This document shows, one piece after another, positions 1-9,525 of a stretch of 64,000 bases of DNA. The position numbers were made by a program, and so were the translations under genes. Origin of the DNA: Candidatus Zhuqueibacterota bacterium (GTDB lineage Bacteria; Zhuqueibacterota; Zhuqueibacteria; Thermofontimicrobiales; Thermofontimicrobiaceae); assembly GCA_049322915.1 (NCBI GenBank), contig JBMOPW010000003.1, positions 32,001-96,000 of the forward strand, written 5' to 3'. Under the pieces are notes generated by a model. That model did no database searches and was not told where the DNA came from. It saw only the letters and a list, made by a program, of their open reading frames with translations. Position 1 is the stretch's first letter. Each line of letters starts with the position of its first letter.

Positions 1-133
1 GAATTATCGTGGTCGCTTATATCAGTAACAGGTTGAGGGAGAAAGCGCCCGCGGCTATAGCCCGGGTTCTCTTCGCCAAATCGACTCACCACTCTGAACA
101 GCGCGCTATTCAGATTATAGCCGAGACAGAAAA

Positions 134-2020
134 TCATTTTATGACTGTCAGTTTATACCACTGAGCACCCCTGCAAGTTTCGATGCGATACAGGTAAACG
201 CCGGAAGCGACAGATTGACCTGCGTTATTTTGCCCGTTCCAGAGCACGCGGTTCCAGCCGGGATTCGCGATGAGATTGGGCCAGGATTTTATCAGTTGGC
301 CCAGCGGATTGAAAATCTGCACGTTTGCCGGGCCCGGTCGTTCAGCATAAAACTGAATGGTCGTGGCGTTGTTGAGCGGATTGGGATAGTTGAAGCTGGT
401 CTCATATTTTTCAGGCAAGGCATCAGGAACAATTTCCACGGCCGTTGAATTGGGCAACCATTCCATCAGTTTTTCCCGCTCCATCTCGCCGCCGCTGGAG
501 CTATTGGCGACATTGTACGTCCACCACATCCCGGTGACGCCGCCGCCGCTGATGGTGGTTGAAAACGCCTGGTTGGACATGGCGCCGAAATAACGCGCCT
601 GGTTGCCGGGATATTCTTTATCATCCCAGGTGCAGTCAATCGGAACCCATCCGTAATTGGGAAAATAGACCTGCTGCCAGCGATGAAAGATGCGGTCTTC
701 GTACGGGAGGTCGTCGCGAAGATGCCCGCCAGCTTCCATTCGCGCCGGGATGCCGGCGGCGCGGCACAGCGCCACAAACAAAAACGTGTATTCAGAACAG
801 GAGCCGGTGCCGCGGCTGAGCACTATCGGAGCGGTGTCCCAACTGCTGTCGTTGATGTATTCGATGTGCGAAATCACGTAATCGTGGATATTGCGCACCT
901 GCCAGTACAGATTGCTTTCATCGCCAATGGCCTCTTGCGCTGCATTACGAATGACAGGATGGGTTATGTCGTAATACTCGCCGTCCGGCGTGTACATGGT
1001 GATGATGGATTGCGGAATGTCCGTCAATTCGCCAACACTGTCAGGGTGAAGGAAATAGCGGATGTTGTACAGCGTGGCCGGCACAGACCACTGGTACAAT
1101 TTTTCTTCGCCCGCCGGAACGGACTCTTCGTAATAGGCAATTTGTTGACCGAAGTAGTCAGTATAAAAAGTGTGCGGTTCATCCCTGAACTGAAGCGTAT
1201 CTTCCAATTGCTGGTAGACGGCTTCGAACGGGCAGGCTAAGTAGGTCTGCAAATTCATCACGCTGGAGCCGACATTTTTGATGGTGACAGTGTACCTGAT
1301 TTTCACCAGAAATGGATCGGTGATTTGATATTTTTCTGTTCCGGCGATGGAGATTTTATAAATCCGGTCGTGCTCGTAATCGGCATTCCAGAGGAAATGG
1401 CCGTCGAAAGCCAGTCCGTAGGAATAGGTACCCGGCGCATTCAGGATAGTGAAAATCCTGCCGCGATCTGTTTCCAGCCGGTAGATTTCATCTTTATCGT
1501 AATCCGCGCACCATAGATATTCGCCGTCCCAGGCTAATCCGCGATTGTAGCCGCCGGGCGAAATGAGCGTGTCGGCGTAGCTGCCGGTTTCCGGGTTTAG
1601 TTTGAAGATGCGCTTCGCCTGGCTGTCCACGTACCAGAGAAACTCGCCGTCCCAAGTTAGCCCGCGGGGATTTTCGGTTCCCACCGGAACAATTTTGGTG
1701 ATGGAACTATCTTCGACGTCGATTTGGCAGAGCTGGTCGTGCCCGTTATCCGAGCACCAGAGGAACTGGCCGTCCCAGGCCAGGCCGTTTATCGTGGCGT
1801 TTGCCGGGCTGGGCAGGGAATAGAGTACCTGTCCGGTCTGCGGATCGATCTTGTAAATTTGGTTTGTGCCAATATCCGCATTCCACAAAAATTCGCCGTC
1901 CCAGGCTAACCCGGTGGGGCGACTCCCGGGCGAAGGGAAAAAATCCAGGACAGCACCCATCTGGGCGTGACCAGTTGAAAAGAGAAAAAGAATAATCCCG
2001 ATGAGCTTCATTGGTTTCAT
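134..2020 (-). CDS. Secreted beta-propeller (5 GLAWDG repeats) plus transglutaminase-like domain plus FlgD/T9SS-like C-terminal domain
   Basis: Signal peptide; five GL(A/T)(W/F)DGxxLW repeats; transglutaminase-like triad motifs GSCSEY, FHRW and PIDCTW; C-terminal NYPNPLN...WNG...SGVYLY. Confidence 0.85.
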   Translation of the reverse strand: MKPMKLIGIILFLFSTGHAQMGAVLDFFPSPGSRPTGLAWDGEFLWNADIGTNQIYKIDPQTGQVLYSLPSPANATINGLAWDGQFLWCSDNGHDQLCQIDVEDSSITKIVPVGTENPRGLTWDGEFLWYVDSQAKRIFKLNPETGSYADTLISPGGYNRGLAWDGEYLWCADYDKDEIYRLETDRGRIFTILNAPGTYSYGLAFDGHFLWNADYEHDRIYKISIAGTEKYQITDPFLVKIRYTVTIKNVGSSVMNLQTYLACPFEAVYQQLEDTLQFRDEPHTFYTDYFGQQIAYYEESVPAGEEKLYQWSVPATLYNIRYFLHPDSVGELTDIPQSIITMYTPDGEYYDITHPVIRNAAQEAIGDESNLYWQVRNIHDYVISHIEYINDSSWDTAPIVLSRGTGSCSEYTFLFVALCRAAGIPARMEAGGHLRDDLPYEDRIFHRWQQVYFPNYGWVPIDCTWDDKEYPGNQARYFGAMSNQAFSTTISGGGVTGMWWTYNVANSSSGGEMEREKLMEWLPNSTAVEIVPDALPEKYETSFNYPNPLNNATTIQFYAERPGPANVQIFNPLGQLIKSWPNLIANPGWNRVLWNGQNNAGQSVASGVYLYRIETCRGAQWYKLTVIK

Positions 2021-2039
2021 GGTGATATCTCAGTTTTAA

Positions 2040-2279
2040 GCCCACGGAACACACGAAAGAGCACGAAAAAATTGACATCAATGGGTTCAATTTAAAAAGG
2101 GGCTAAAGTCCAAAATAACGGAAGAATTCTATTCCCCGACTTAAAAGTCGGGGCTATTCAAATTGTCCAACATTTAAATATTCAATAGAATAGCCACGTC
2201 ATTTATGACATGGAAGCCTTTTAATGCTTTTTAAAGTAGACGCGTAAATCTTCAGCGTTCTTTCGCGTGTTCAGCGGGC
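2040..2279. repeat. Nested REP/REPIN-like palindromic element
   Basis: Outer imperfect inverted repeats at 2040-2068 and 2251-2279 (22/29 match by hand). Inner palindromes ccccgacttaaaagtcgggg (2134-2153) and ccacgtcatttatgacatgg (2194-2213). Confidence 0.65.
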
Positions 2280-2302
2280 AATAATTTTGACTTTAAATTA
2301 AA

Positions 2303-2349
2303 ATCGCCAATTACACACGGTGTGAAAAAGGCTTTGTGCAATTGGCGAA
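2303..2349 (-). terminator. Stem-loop downstream of the Asp-box protein gene
   Basis: tcgccaattacaca...tgtgcaattggcga inverted repeat about 30 nt past the stop codon. Confidence 0.45.
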
Positions 2350-2379
2350 TGCGTATTTAGCGTAATACATTCCGGCAAA

Positions 2380-4080
2380 TTACTTCATCAACACCATCCG
2401 CTTGGACTGCGTCATGCTGCCGGCGGTGAGTTGATAGAAATAAACACCGGACGGCAGATTGGCTGCGTTCCAGGTAACGCCTTTGAATCCTGCGTCCATG
2501 GGTTTATCGATCACAGTAGCCACTTCCTGTCCCATTTCATTGAACACCTTCAGCGTCACATGCGCGCGCTCAGTCAGGTCGAATGTTATGCTTGTTGTCG
2601 GATTGAACGGATTGGGGTAGTTCTGATGCAACTGGAAGCTCTCCGGCGTCAGAGTGGTGACGTTCTCTTTCACACGGGTAGCGCGGGCTTTGACGGTGTC
2701 GGTCGGAACGCCAAGATACATTCCCATATCTGCATCCTCTGTATGATGGCGGTAAAGAATGTGCAGTTTATCCGTTGCATATTTTGCCATACCGTTGGGT
2801 GCATGTCCGGACCATTGATCCAATACAGAAACCGGGCCGTGCCAGGTCGATCCGTTATCATCGGAATAGATGACCATGATGTTATAATTGAAATTGGCTT
2901 CGTCGCCCATGGCGCCTGTGGTATCTACTACATCGAAATAAGCGTAGTAGAGCGTCCCGTCCGGGCCGATGGCAGGTTCATTCATTTCATACTCTTCCAC
3001 GTCTGAAGGCCAATCACCCCAGGCTGCTATTCCATTGGGTAGCAATGTTGGAATTGCGATTTTGGTAACATCCCAGGTACTGCCATCGAAACGGAAGTCG
3101 TAGCCATAATAAGGAACCGGGAATGTGCCATCGCTCTCCAATGTATCGTAAGAGACGGCAAAGATGTGCCAGTTACCGGCCCCATCGACCATAGGTGAAC
3201 TGAAATTGCGATAGTTATCGGCATCGGAATTGTATAGAGTTTCTGCTCCGGGGATAACCGCCGGGGCTGTCCAGGTCTGGCCCAGGTCGTCGGAGAAGCA
3301 GTAAATATTGGTCCAAATATCTGTTTCCAATAATTTCGCGCCGGCAGAGACCATCACTGTGTTGTTGGGTCCCATTCCAACTCCTAAACCACGGGAAGAG
3401 AAATCAAAAACATAATTTGATTTGCCCACATCGTCCGTATCTTCGGAAATGGGCACTTTGGGCCGGGACCATGTCATACCGGCATCCTTGGTGACGTAAT
3501 AATACAATCCATCCCCTGGCTCGCCGGTATGCCATCCGCCAACTCCCCAGATATTTTCGTCTTCTGGCGAAACCGCAATGGACAGATAGCTTGAGTGAAG
3601 TACAGTATCTGCCGTGCCAACATCGTCAATAAAATAATTGACGAATGCACCGCCACCCCAACCGGCGACGTCTGTTGCCACCACAGGTATACGAGTTTTG
3701 TTAACAGAGGCATTTCGATCCTCGTAAGCAACAATTGGCGTAGTTGAGATACCACACACCGAAGCGTAACGGGCGTCCATAATAGGACCAACCCCGAAGT
3801 TAAGCATTTCGTGAATCTGCCAAGTGGCTCCGCCATCGATCGAAGTTGCGGCTGTTATTTTTCGTGGATCCGGATCGGTGCTATTATAACGATACCACGC
3901 AACAACCAGGTTTCCTGTTGTCGGATCACAGTAAATCTGATTCTGAACACCCCTGTAAATACCGTTATAGAGTGTAGTGTCCACCCGAACCGGTTCAACG
4001 ATGGGCACAGGTTGTGCCATCACAAAGCCCACGCAGAGCACGCTTAAAACAAAACTGAGGATTGTAACTTTTTTAATCAT
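2380..4080 (-). CDS. Secreted Asp-box/BNR-repeat (sialidase-like fold) protein with T9SS-like C-terminal domain
   Basis: Signal peptide; Asp-boxes SIDGGATW, TKDAGMTW, SDDLGQTW and SDDNGSTW; QNYPNPFNP...SGVYFYQL...KRMVLMK tail. Confidence 0.75.
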   Translation of the reverse strand: MIKKVTILSFVLSVLCVGFVMAQPVPIVEPVRVDTTLYNGIYRGVQNQIYCDPTTGNLVVAWYRYNSTDPDPRKITAATSIDGGATWQIHEMLNFGVGPIMDARYASVCGISTTPIVAYEDRNASVNKTRIPVVATDVAGWGGGAFVNYFIDDVGTADTVLHSSYLSIAVSPEDENIWGVGGWHTGEPGDGLYYYVTKDAGMTWSRPKVPISEDTDDVGKSNYVFDFSSRGLGVGMGPNNTVMVSAGAKLLETDIWTNIYCFSDDLGQTWTAPAVIPGAETLYNSDADNYRNFSSPMVDGAGNWHIFAVSYDTLESDGTFPVPYYGYDFRFDGSTWDVTKIAIPTLLPNGIAAWGDWPSDVEEYEMNEPAIGPDGTLYYAYFDVVDTTGAMGDEANFNYNIMVIYSDDNGSTWHGPVSVLDQWSGHAPNGMAKYATDKLHILYRHHTEDADMGMYLGVPTDTVKARATRVKENVTTLTPESFQLHQNYPNPFNPTTSITFDLTERAHVTLKVFNEMGQEVATVIDKPMDAGFKGVTWNAANLPSGVYFYQLTAGSMTQSKRMVLMK

Positions 4081-4371
4081 GTCGCTCTCCTTTCAAAAAA
4101 GAATTGTTGCTACCCGGGCCAGATCCGGTTCGACAGTTTGCTGAAACGTCATTCGATGGAATTCGGGATGGATGGCATAATCAAGCTGTTCGAAAATCGG
4201 GCGTGCCGCAATTTTGTTTGACCCGAGAATCAATTTCTTCAATGAACAGAAATTGAAGAAATCCGAATTTACAGTTCGGGCAGCCTGTTTTGAATCCGTT
4301 CTTTGCGTCGATCTGATTTGACCTGGTAGTATGAATTTAAGTGAATTGTTTATCTAAAAAAAATAGACATC

Positions 4372-5784
4372 TCAACTGCCGGCGATGGTTTCATCATCTC
4401 GGATTTTAGGTGCAATAGCAAAGCCGGTGAATCCATAAATCAATGCGAAGATCAGTCCCAGATAACACATAATCGCCCAGGGCGCATAGGCAGTGGTTGG
4501 CACGTCCAGTGTCCCGGCCATAAAAACGCCGGCCATGCTCCAGGGAATGAGCGGCACAACGACGGTGCCGGAATCCTCCGTGGTTCGGGATAAATTTTTA
4601 GCCGCCAATCCTCGCGCCCTGAACGCCGGTGCGAATAATTCACCCGGTATGAGAATTGAGAGGAACGAACTTCCGGTCATCAGAGCGACTGCAATACATG
4701 AACTGACAACAGCAGCGATGAGCGCGCCGGTGCTTCTGGCCACTTTCAACAGGCGATCTAAAATCACATCCAGCATGCCGGCTTTCTGGACGATGCCGGC
4801 GAAAGAAAAAGCGCAGAATGCAATGAGCGTCACATGCATCATCCCGGCCATACCACCTCGGCTGAAAAGATTGTCCACGGATTCCACGCCAGTCCGGGAT
4901 TCATAGCCAATCGTGATGGCCGTTGCGACCTGTTTCAAAGTGATGTCCTGAAAAATGAGGGCCAGGATCGTCGCCAGCAGTGTGACGATGAGCATTCCGG
5001 GGATGGTCGGTTTTTTTCGAATCGCAAAATAGAGAATCCCTATCGGAGGCAACAACAATAGCCAATGAAAATGGAAATGAGTCTGAATGGTATTTGAAAT
5101 CAGATCCATTTGATCGGATTTCAAAATGCCGCTATCGAAAGATCTGCCCAAAAAATAATACACAACGAGACCGATAATCCATGCTGGCGTTGTTGTCCAC
5201 AGCATGTGTTTAATATGATCGAACAGATTGCTCTTCGCGGCAATGGGCGCTAAATTGGTCGTATCAGAAAAAGGCGAAATTTTATCTCCGAAATAGGACC
5301 CGGCGACGATGGCGCCGGCAGCCTGAGCCAAGGGAATGCCCATCCCCTGAGCTATGCCCATGAATGCCACCCCCATGGTCCCGACTGTTCCCCATGATGT
5401 CCCGGTAAGTGCAGAGATAACGCTGCACACGAAACAGGCTGTCACCAGAAATAATTTCGGAGAGATCGTTTTCAACCCGTAATAGACGAGCATGGGAATG
5501 GTGCCGCAGGCGATCCACGAGCCGATGAGCAATCCCACACAAATGACGATTAACATAGCAGGCATGGCTTTGGAAATGCTGACCACGATTCCTTCTTCCA
5601 ATTCTCGCCAGGTATATCCCAGCCGAAGCGCGATCAGTCCCGAGACAAACGCAGCGGCAATGAGGAGTATCTCCGCATTGAGCCTGAATATTCCATACCC
5701 GATTCCTAAAAAAAGTGCTATGAAGTTAAGCGGAAGCAGCGCTTCAAAAAAAGTAGGTTTCCGTTTGGTGCTCGTGGATGTCAT
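4372..5784 (-). CDS. nhaC: NhaC-family Na+/H+ antiporter or amino-acid transporter
   Basis: Polytopic membrane protein with GTSWGT, GSYFGDKISPFSDTTNLA and LSRTTEDSGT...LIPW motifs. Confidence 0.85.
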   Translation of the reverse strand: MTSTSTKRKPTFFEALLPLNFIALFLGIGYGIFRLNAEILLIAAAFVSGLIALRLGYTWRELEEGIVVSISKAMPAMLIVICVGLLIGSWIACGTIPMLVYYGLKTISPKLFLVTACFVCSVISALTGTSWGTVGTMGVAFMGIAQGMGIPLAQAAGAIVAGSYFGDKISPFSDTTNLAPIAAKSNLFDHIKHMLWTTTPAWIIGLVVYYFLGRSFDSGILKSDQMDLISNTIQTHFHFHWLLLLPPIGILYFAIRKKPTIPGMLIVTLLATILALIFQDITLKQVATAITIGYESRTGVESVDNLFSRGGMAGMMHVTLIAFCAFSFAGIVQKAGMLDVILDRLLKVARSTGALIAAVVSSCIAVALMTGSSFLSILIPGELFAPAFRARGLAAKNLSRTTEDSGTVVVPLIPWSMAGVFMAGTLDVPTTAYAPWAIMCYLGLIFALIYGFTGFAIAPKIRDDETIAGS

Positions 5785-5815
5785 GAAAATTCCATTTCAT
5801 CTTTGTGAAAGATAC

Positions 5816-7429
5816 TCATTCGAGCGGTGACCATTCACCGTATTGTTCGATGTAAATGCGACATTTATCTTTGGATGTCCATCGATTATTGAAGTTGTAT
5901 GTCCAGTCGAGATAATCGGAGCCCCCGCCGCCAGTGGTAGTAATGATATAGCGGCAGGCGATATTGCCAATGCCGGCTGCCTGTTCGCCGGGTCTGGCTT
6001 TGTCGCCTTTGTTGGCGTCGAAGGGGATCCAGCCGTAATTTGGCAGATACACCTCGCACCATCGATGATAGACTTCGTCGAGGCTGGCGTCGTCGCCCCG
6101 TTGCGATACAGCGCCGACATAACGGGCAGGAAGCCCTGCGGCGCGGCACAGCGCGATGAATGAAAATGAATATTCGGAACAGGATGCCGTGCCTCGTTTC
6201 AAGACGGTCGTTGCAGTGTTCCACCCGCCGACTGGCTTTAAATTGTACGTGAGATTTTCGATGAGATAATTAAAAATCTTCCGCGCCATCCAGTAGGGAT
6301 TCTGCTCGTCCCCAACGATTTTTTTTGCCAGGTTCTGAATGAAGGGTTCGTGGACGTTGAGTTTCTTTCCATCAGCAAGATACGTTTTCAATATTTCAAC
6401 CGGCACACTTTCGAGTGCGCCCACTTTAACCGGATCAATGAAATATTCGGCCGCCCAGATCGTGGCATCAATGGTCATCGTCGCCCGAAAAAATTCCCCG
6501 CTTTTAAGATTTTTCACATTGAAATAAGCGACCTTTTGGCCCCATTGGTCAGTCAGGATTTTTTCCGGTTCAGGGACAAATGTGACGGGGCGAGACAGTT
6601 GCTGGTTATCCCTGTTTTCCGGGATGGCGAGATACACATCTGCCGAGATGACGGTGCCTGGTCCGTAATTTCTGAAATCGATGGTATTCTCCAGCCGTTG
6701 TTTCTTGGGGGACAACTTTGTCAGAAACACCGGATCATCGATTTTTATCCTATAAATTTTGTCCGCTTGATAATCCACATTCCAGAGAAAAGCGCCATCC
6801 CAGGCGAGTCCGCGGGCGTATTGGTCCGGTGCGTGAATGGACCCGATGACCATGCCGCTGTTCCGATCCATGCGATAAATAGCATTCTCGCCCCGATCGG
6901 CGATCCACAAACAGTGCCCGTCAAAAGCCAATCCGTCAGGATCGTCGGCTGGCGATGGGAAATTGTGAATCATCATGCCGTCCTCAGGGTCAAGACTGAG
7001 CACCAGATCCAGTTTGTCATCGACGACCCAGAGCAATGTACCATCCCAGCAAATGTCTTTGGGATTATCGGTGCAGGCTTCGATCACGCGTTCAGCGATT
7101 CCGGTTTCAATATTCATTCTGTAAAGAAATCGCTCCTTATCATCCATCGCCCAGAGATGCGTGCCATCCCAGGCCAAACCCGTCGGACTGAAACCGGGCG
7201 CGGGAAAAGTGTGAATGACGAGGCCATTATTCGGATCGATCTGATACAGATTATCAGTTTTTCGGTCAGCAACCCAGAGGTATTTTCCGTCAAACGCAAG
7301 CCCCGTCGGATGGTCTCCGGGTGAATTCATTGTGTATACGATTTCACCAACAAAAGCAAAACTCACCTGTGAGCAAAGGCTCATCCAACTGAGGAAGCCA
7401 AGCATAAACCATATTCTCAAGGTTTTCAT
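5816..7429 (-). CDS. Secreted beta-propeller (5 repeats) plus transglutaminase-like domain, paralog of 134..2020 without the C-terminal domain
   Basis: Signal peptide; five GLA(W/F)DG-type repeats; ASCSEY, YHRW and PFDAN motifs. Confidence 0.85.
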   Translation of the reverse strand: MKTLRIWFMLGFLSWMSLCSQVSFAFVGEIVYTMNSPGDHPTGLAFDGKYLWVADRKTDNLYQIDPNNGLVIHTFPAPGFSPTGLAWDGTHLWAMDDKERFLYRMNIETGIAERVIEACTDNPKDICWDGTLLWVVDDKLDLVLSLDPEDGMMIHNFPSPADDPDGLAFDGHCLWIADRGENAIYRMDRNSGMVIGSIHAPDQYARGLAWDGAFLWNVDYQADKIYRIKIDDPVFLTKLSPKKQRLENTIDFRNYGPGTVISADVYLAIPENRDNQQLSRPVTFVPEPEKILTDQWGQKVAYFNVKNLKSGEFFRATMTIDATIWAAEYFIDPVKVGALESVPVEILKTYLADGKKLNVHEPFIQNLAKKIVGDEQNPYWMARKIFNYLIENLTYNLKPVGGWNTATTVLKRGTASCSEYSFSFIALCRAAGLPARYVGAVSQRGDDASLDEVYHRWCEVYLPNYGWIPFDANKGDKARPGEQAAGIGNIACRYIITTTGGGGSDYLDWTYNFNNRWTSKDKCRIYIEQYGEWSPLE

Positions 7430-7966
7430 CCTTCTCTCCTCAAAAAATGAAAATCAAAGCGATTCTTATAACAGGTATTGGGCCATGCGCGTTGCAAAGA
7501 AAGTAGTGAATGAATTATATGTAAATCGAGTTGGTTCACACTCAAAATACAAGTCAATCATCGTATGCGTTTTCAATGATGATGCCAAAATGTATGGCTG
7601 GGTAAAACAAAAAAATATCCAGGGGAAGAAGTCGCTTCGCTAACCGGGAGCTATTAGCGACAACCTGAATCCCATCTCATCCGGATAGTCGAGGTCGAAT
7701 AGTCCAGGTCGGAAATTGGCTGCCTGTATTTAAAATCCAAAGAGCATCATTTCATTCAAAAACGATTCGTATCATTCAAAGGAACGAAAATTTTCAGGTT
7801 TCCCCGGTAAAATAATATTGAAGTGAAAAGTTACCTGGTTGTTGAGATTTTATGCAGGCATTATCAAAAAAAAATAATGCTAAACAAATTGAAATATAAG
7901 CCGATTAATTAATAGTAATACTATATACTTAAATTGGCCCACGATGCGTGCGAAGAAAGGTATTGT

Positions 7967-8842
7967 CTATCTAAAGTAATCGGTGTGCACATCGAAATCA
8001 AAATTTGTCTTGATCCCTTCGAGTGAAGATAAGACTTCGAGAGAATGGGACCGATCTTTTAATCCAATCCCCGTTGCCAATGCGCACACAAATGTTAGAA
8101 TAGCGCTGGCAGTATTGATGAAGACAATATTTTCAGACGAAACTGGAAACACAACATCCGAGAATTCTGCGATGGGTGCGACCAATTTATCTGTAATCGA
8201 AATGACCCTAACGCCTTTTGAATGGGCCATTTCAGCAGCTTCGATCGTGGCTAACGTGTATGGCACCAGGCTGATAGCAATGATGGTATCTTCCTTTTTG
8301 ATGGCGAGAATTTGTTCATGAAAGCTGAATCCACAAGAAGTAAACGCTGCCGCTTTCAAGGTGATCCGATTCAGAAAATAAGCAGTCAGTTGTGATAGAT
8401 GCATGGAAATCCCGGCGCCTATAGTATAAATTTTGGAAGCGGAAACGCACAGATCAACTGCCTTATCAAAAGAGGCTCGGTCGAGTTTATCAAACGTAAG
8501 ACGTATATTTTCTATTTCATTGTTGGCAATGACGGACACAAAATCTGATTTAAGGGGTGCATTATCCAACACGTCCTTGAATTTTTTGGTTGCAGTAAGA
8601 TTATCGCGAAGCCTATCTGAAAGTTCTGCTTTTAATTCAAGGAATCCTTTGTAGCCTAATGCCTGTGCCAAACGAACAATTGTCGCTTTACCAACTTTCA
8701 ATTTATCGGCTATTGTATCGATCGATGAAAAGGCAATTTCTTCAGGATGGTCAATAAGGAACTGGGCGATTTTTTTTTGATTCTTTGTGAGTTGCGAAAT
8801 ATTATTTAGGATGAGTTGCTTATAGGCAGAAATTTCAGGCAT
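7967..8842 (-). CDS. MurR/RpiR-family transcriptional regulator (HTH plus SIS domain)
   Basis: LTKNQKKIAQF...ATIVRLAQALGYKGF HTH; SIS domain with IYTIGAG and VISITD...PIA. Confidence 0.9.
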   Translation of the reverse strand: MPEISAYKQLILNNISQLTKNQKKIAQFLIDHPEEIAFSSIDTIADKLKVGKATIVRLAQALGYKGFLELKAELSDRLRDNLTATKKFKDVLDNAPLKSDFVSVIANNEIENIRLTFDKLDRASFDKAVDLCVSASKIYTIGAGISMHLSQLTAYFLNRITLKAAAFTSCGFSFHEQILAIKKEDTIIAISLVPYTLATIEAAEMAHSKGVRVISITDKLVAPIAEFSDVVFPVSSENIVFINTASAILTFVCALATGIGLKDRSHSLEVLSSLEGIKTNFDFDVHTDYFR

Positions 8843-8867
8843 TTAATTCTCTTGAGCTAAACAATTA

Positions 8868-8933
8868 TTTCATTACAAAATTATAATGAAACTATTTTCT
8901 CAAAAATGTATTAAATATTTTTTAAAATGTCAA
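8868..8933 (-). promoter_or_regulatory. sigma70-type promoter and palindromic operator of the RpiR gene
   Basis: Minus-strand TTGACA (8933-8928), 17-nt spacer, TACATT (8910-8905). Palindrome tttcatta-N8-taatgaaa at 8868-8891. Confidence 0.55.
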
Positions 8934-9250
8934 GGTATATTTTTATATTAACAAGAATTTGGCAGTTAACGATCTCGACATGATTGTGAAGTTGTATGAA
9001 TAGGCTTCGTTAGTCTCGTCAAGAATTAAAGAATGAAATAGTTTTAATTATAATTGGAGGAACGTAAGTATTTCAGAAGTGACTATCTGTATTAGATTGC
9101 AAAAAAGTAATCTAAGATTTTGCCATTGAATAAAATTAAGATAATTAAAATTAATTTTTTAGATAATAAACCACCAATGTATTTCAATGAAAAAATGAAT
9201 TCAAAATTCAATATGAGTCTCGGAGGTGAAATAGCCAGCAGACATTTCTC

Positions 9251-9279
9251 TTGACATAGACAAAAAAAATATTTATATT
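9251..9279 (+). promoter_or_regulatory. sigma70-type promoter P1 upstream of the M23 gene
   Basis: TTGACA-17 nt-TATATT. Confidence 0.55.
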
Positions 9280-9379
9280 TATCCTTCATCAAATCAGCTG
9301 AATGTGAATGTTTTTTTTAAAGTAAGCTGATAATGCAGGAAGAAATAGTGATGACTTTTACAAAAAATTAATTTTTCTC

Positions 9380-9408
9380 TTGACAAACGGTGATTTAGTT
9401 TGTATATT
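9380..9408 (+). promoter_or_regulatory. sigma70-type promoter P2 upstream of the M23 gene
   Basis: TTGACA-17 nt-TATATT. Confidence 0.6.
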
Positions 9409-9525
9409 TCTCGTTGCCCAATTTTTAACTCACCAAAATAATTATGTTTCCCTGCCCGGTATGAGGTAATTTATGCTGCTCCCTTTGGTAAAGTCACCAC
9501 TATTAATCAAAACGAGGAGATTGAT

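Noticed and set aside
7478..7497. sigma54-like GG...TTGCA upstream of TGase B
   Set aside because: The GG-to-GC spacing is wrong and it is on the wrong strand for the gene.
7685..7711. Two tandem copies of atagtc(g/c)aggtcg
   Set aside because: Only two units and no spacers, so not a CRISPR array. Its significance is unsupported.
8950..9250. AT-rich tract as a replication origin
   Set aside because: No DnaA-box cluster and no adjacent dnaA or rep gene. It is explained as a divergent promoter region.
9415..9525. Possible riboswitch in the M23 peptidase leader
   Set aside because: I could not recognise c-di-AMP or c-di-GMP riboswitch consensus elements.
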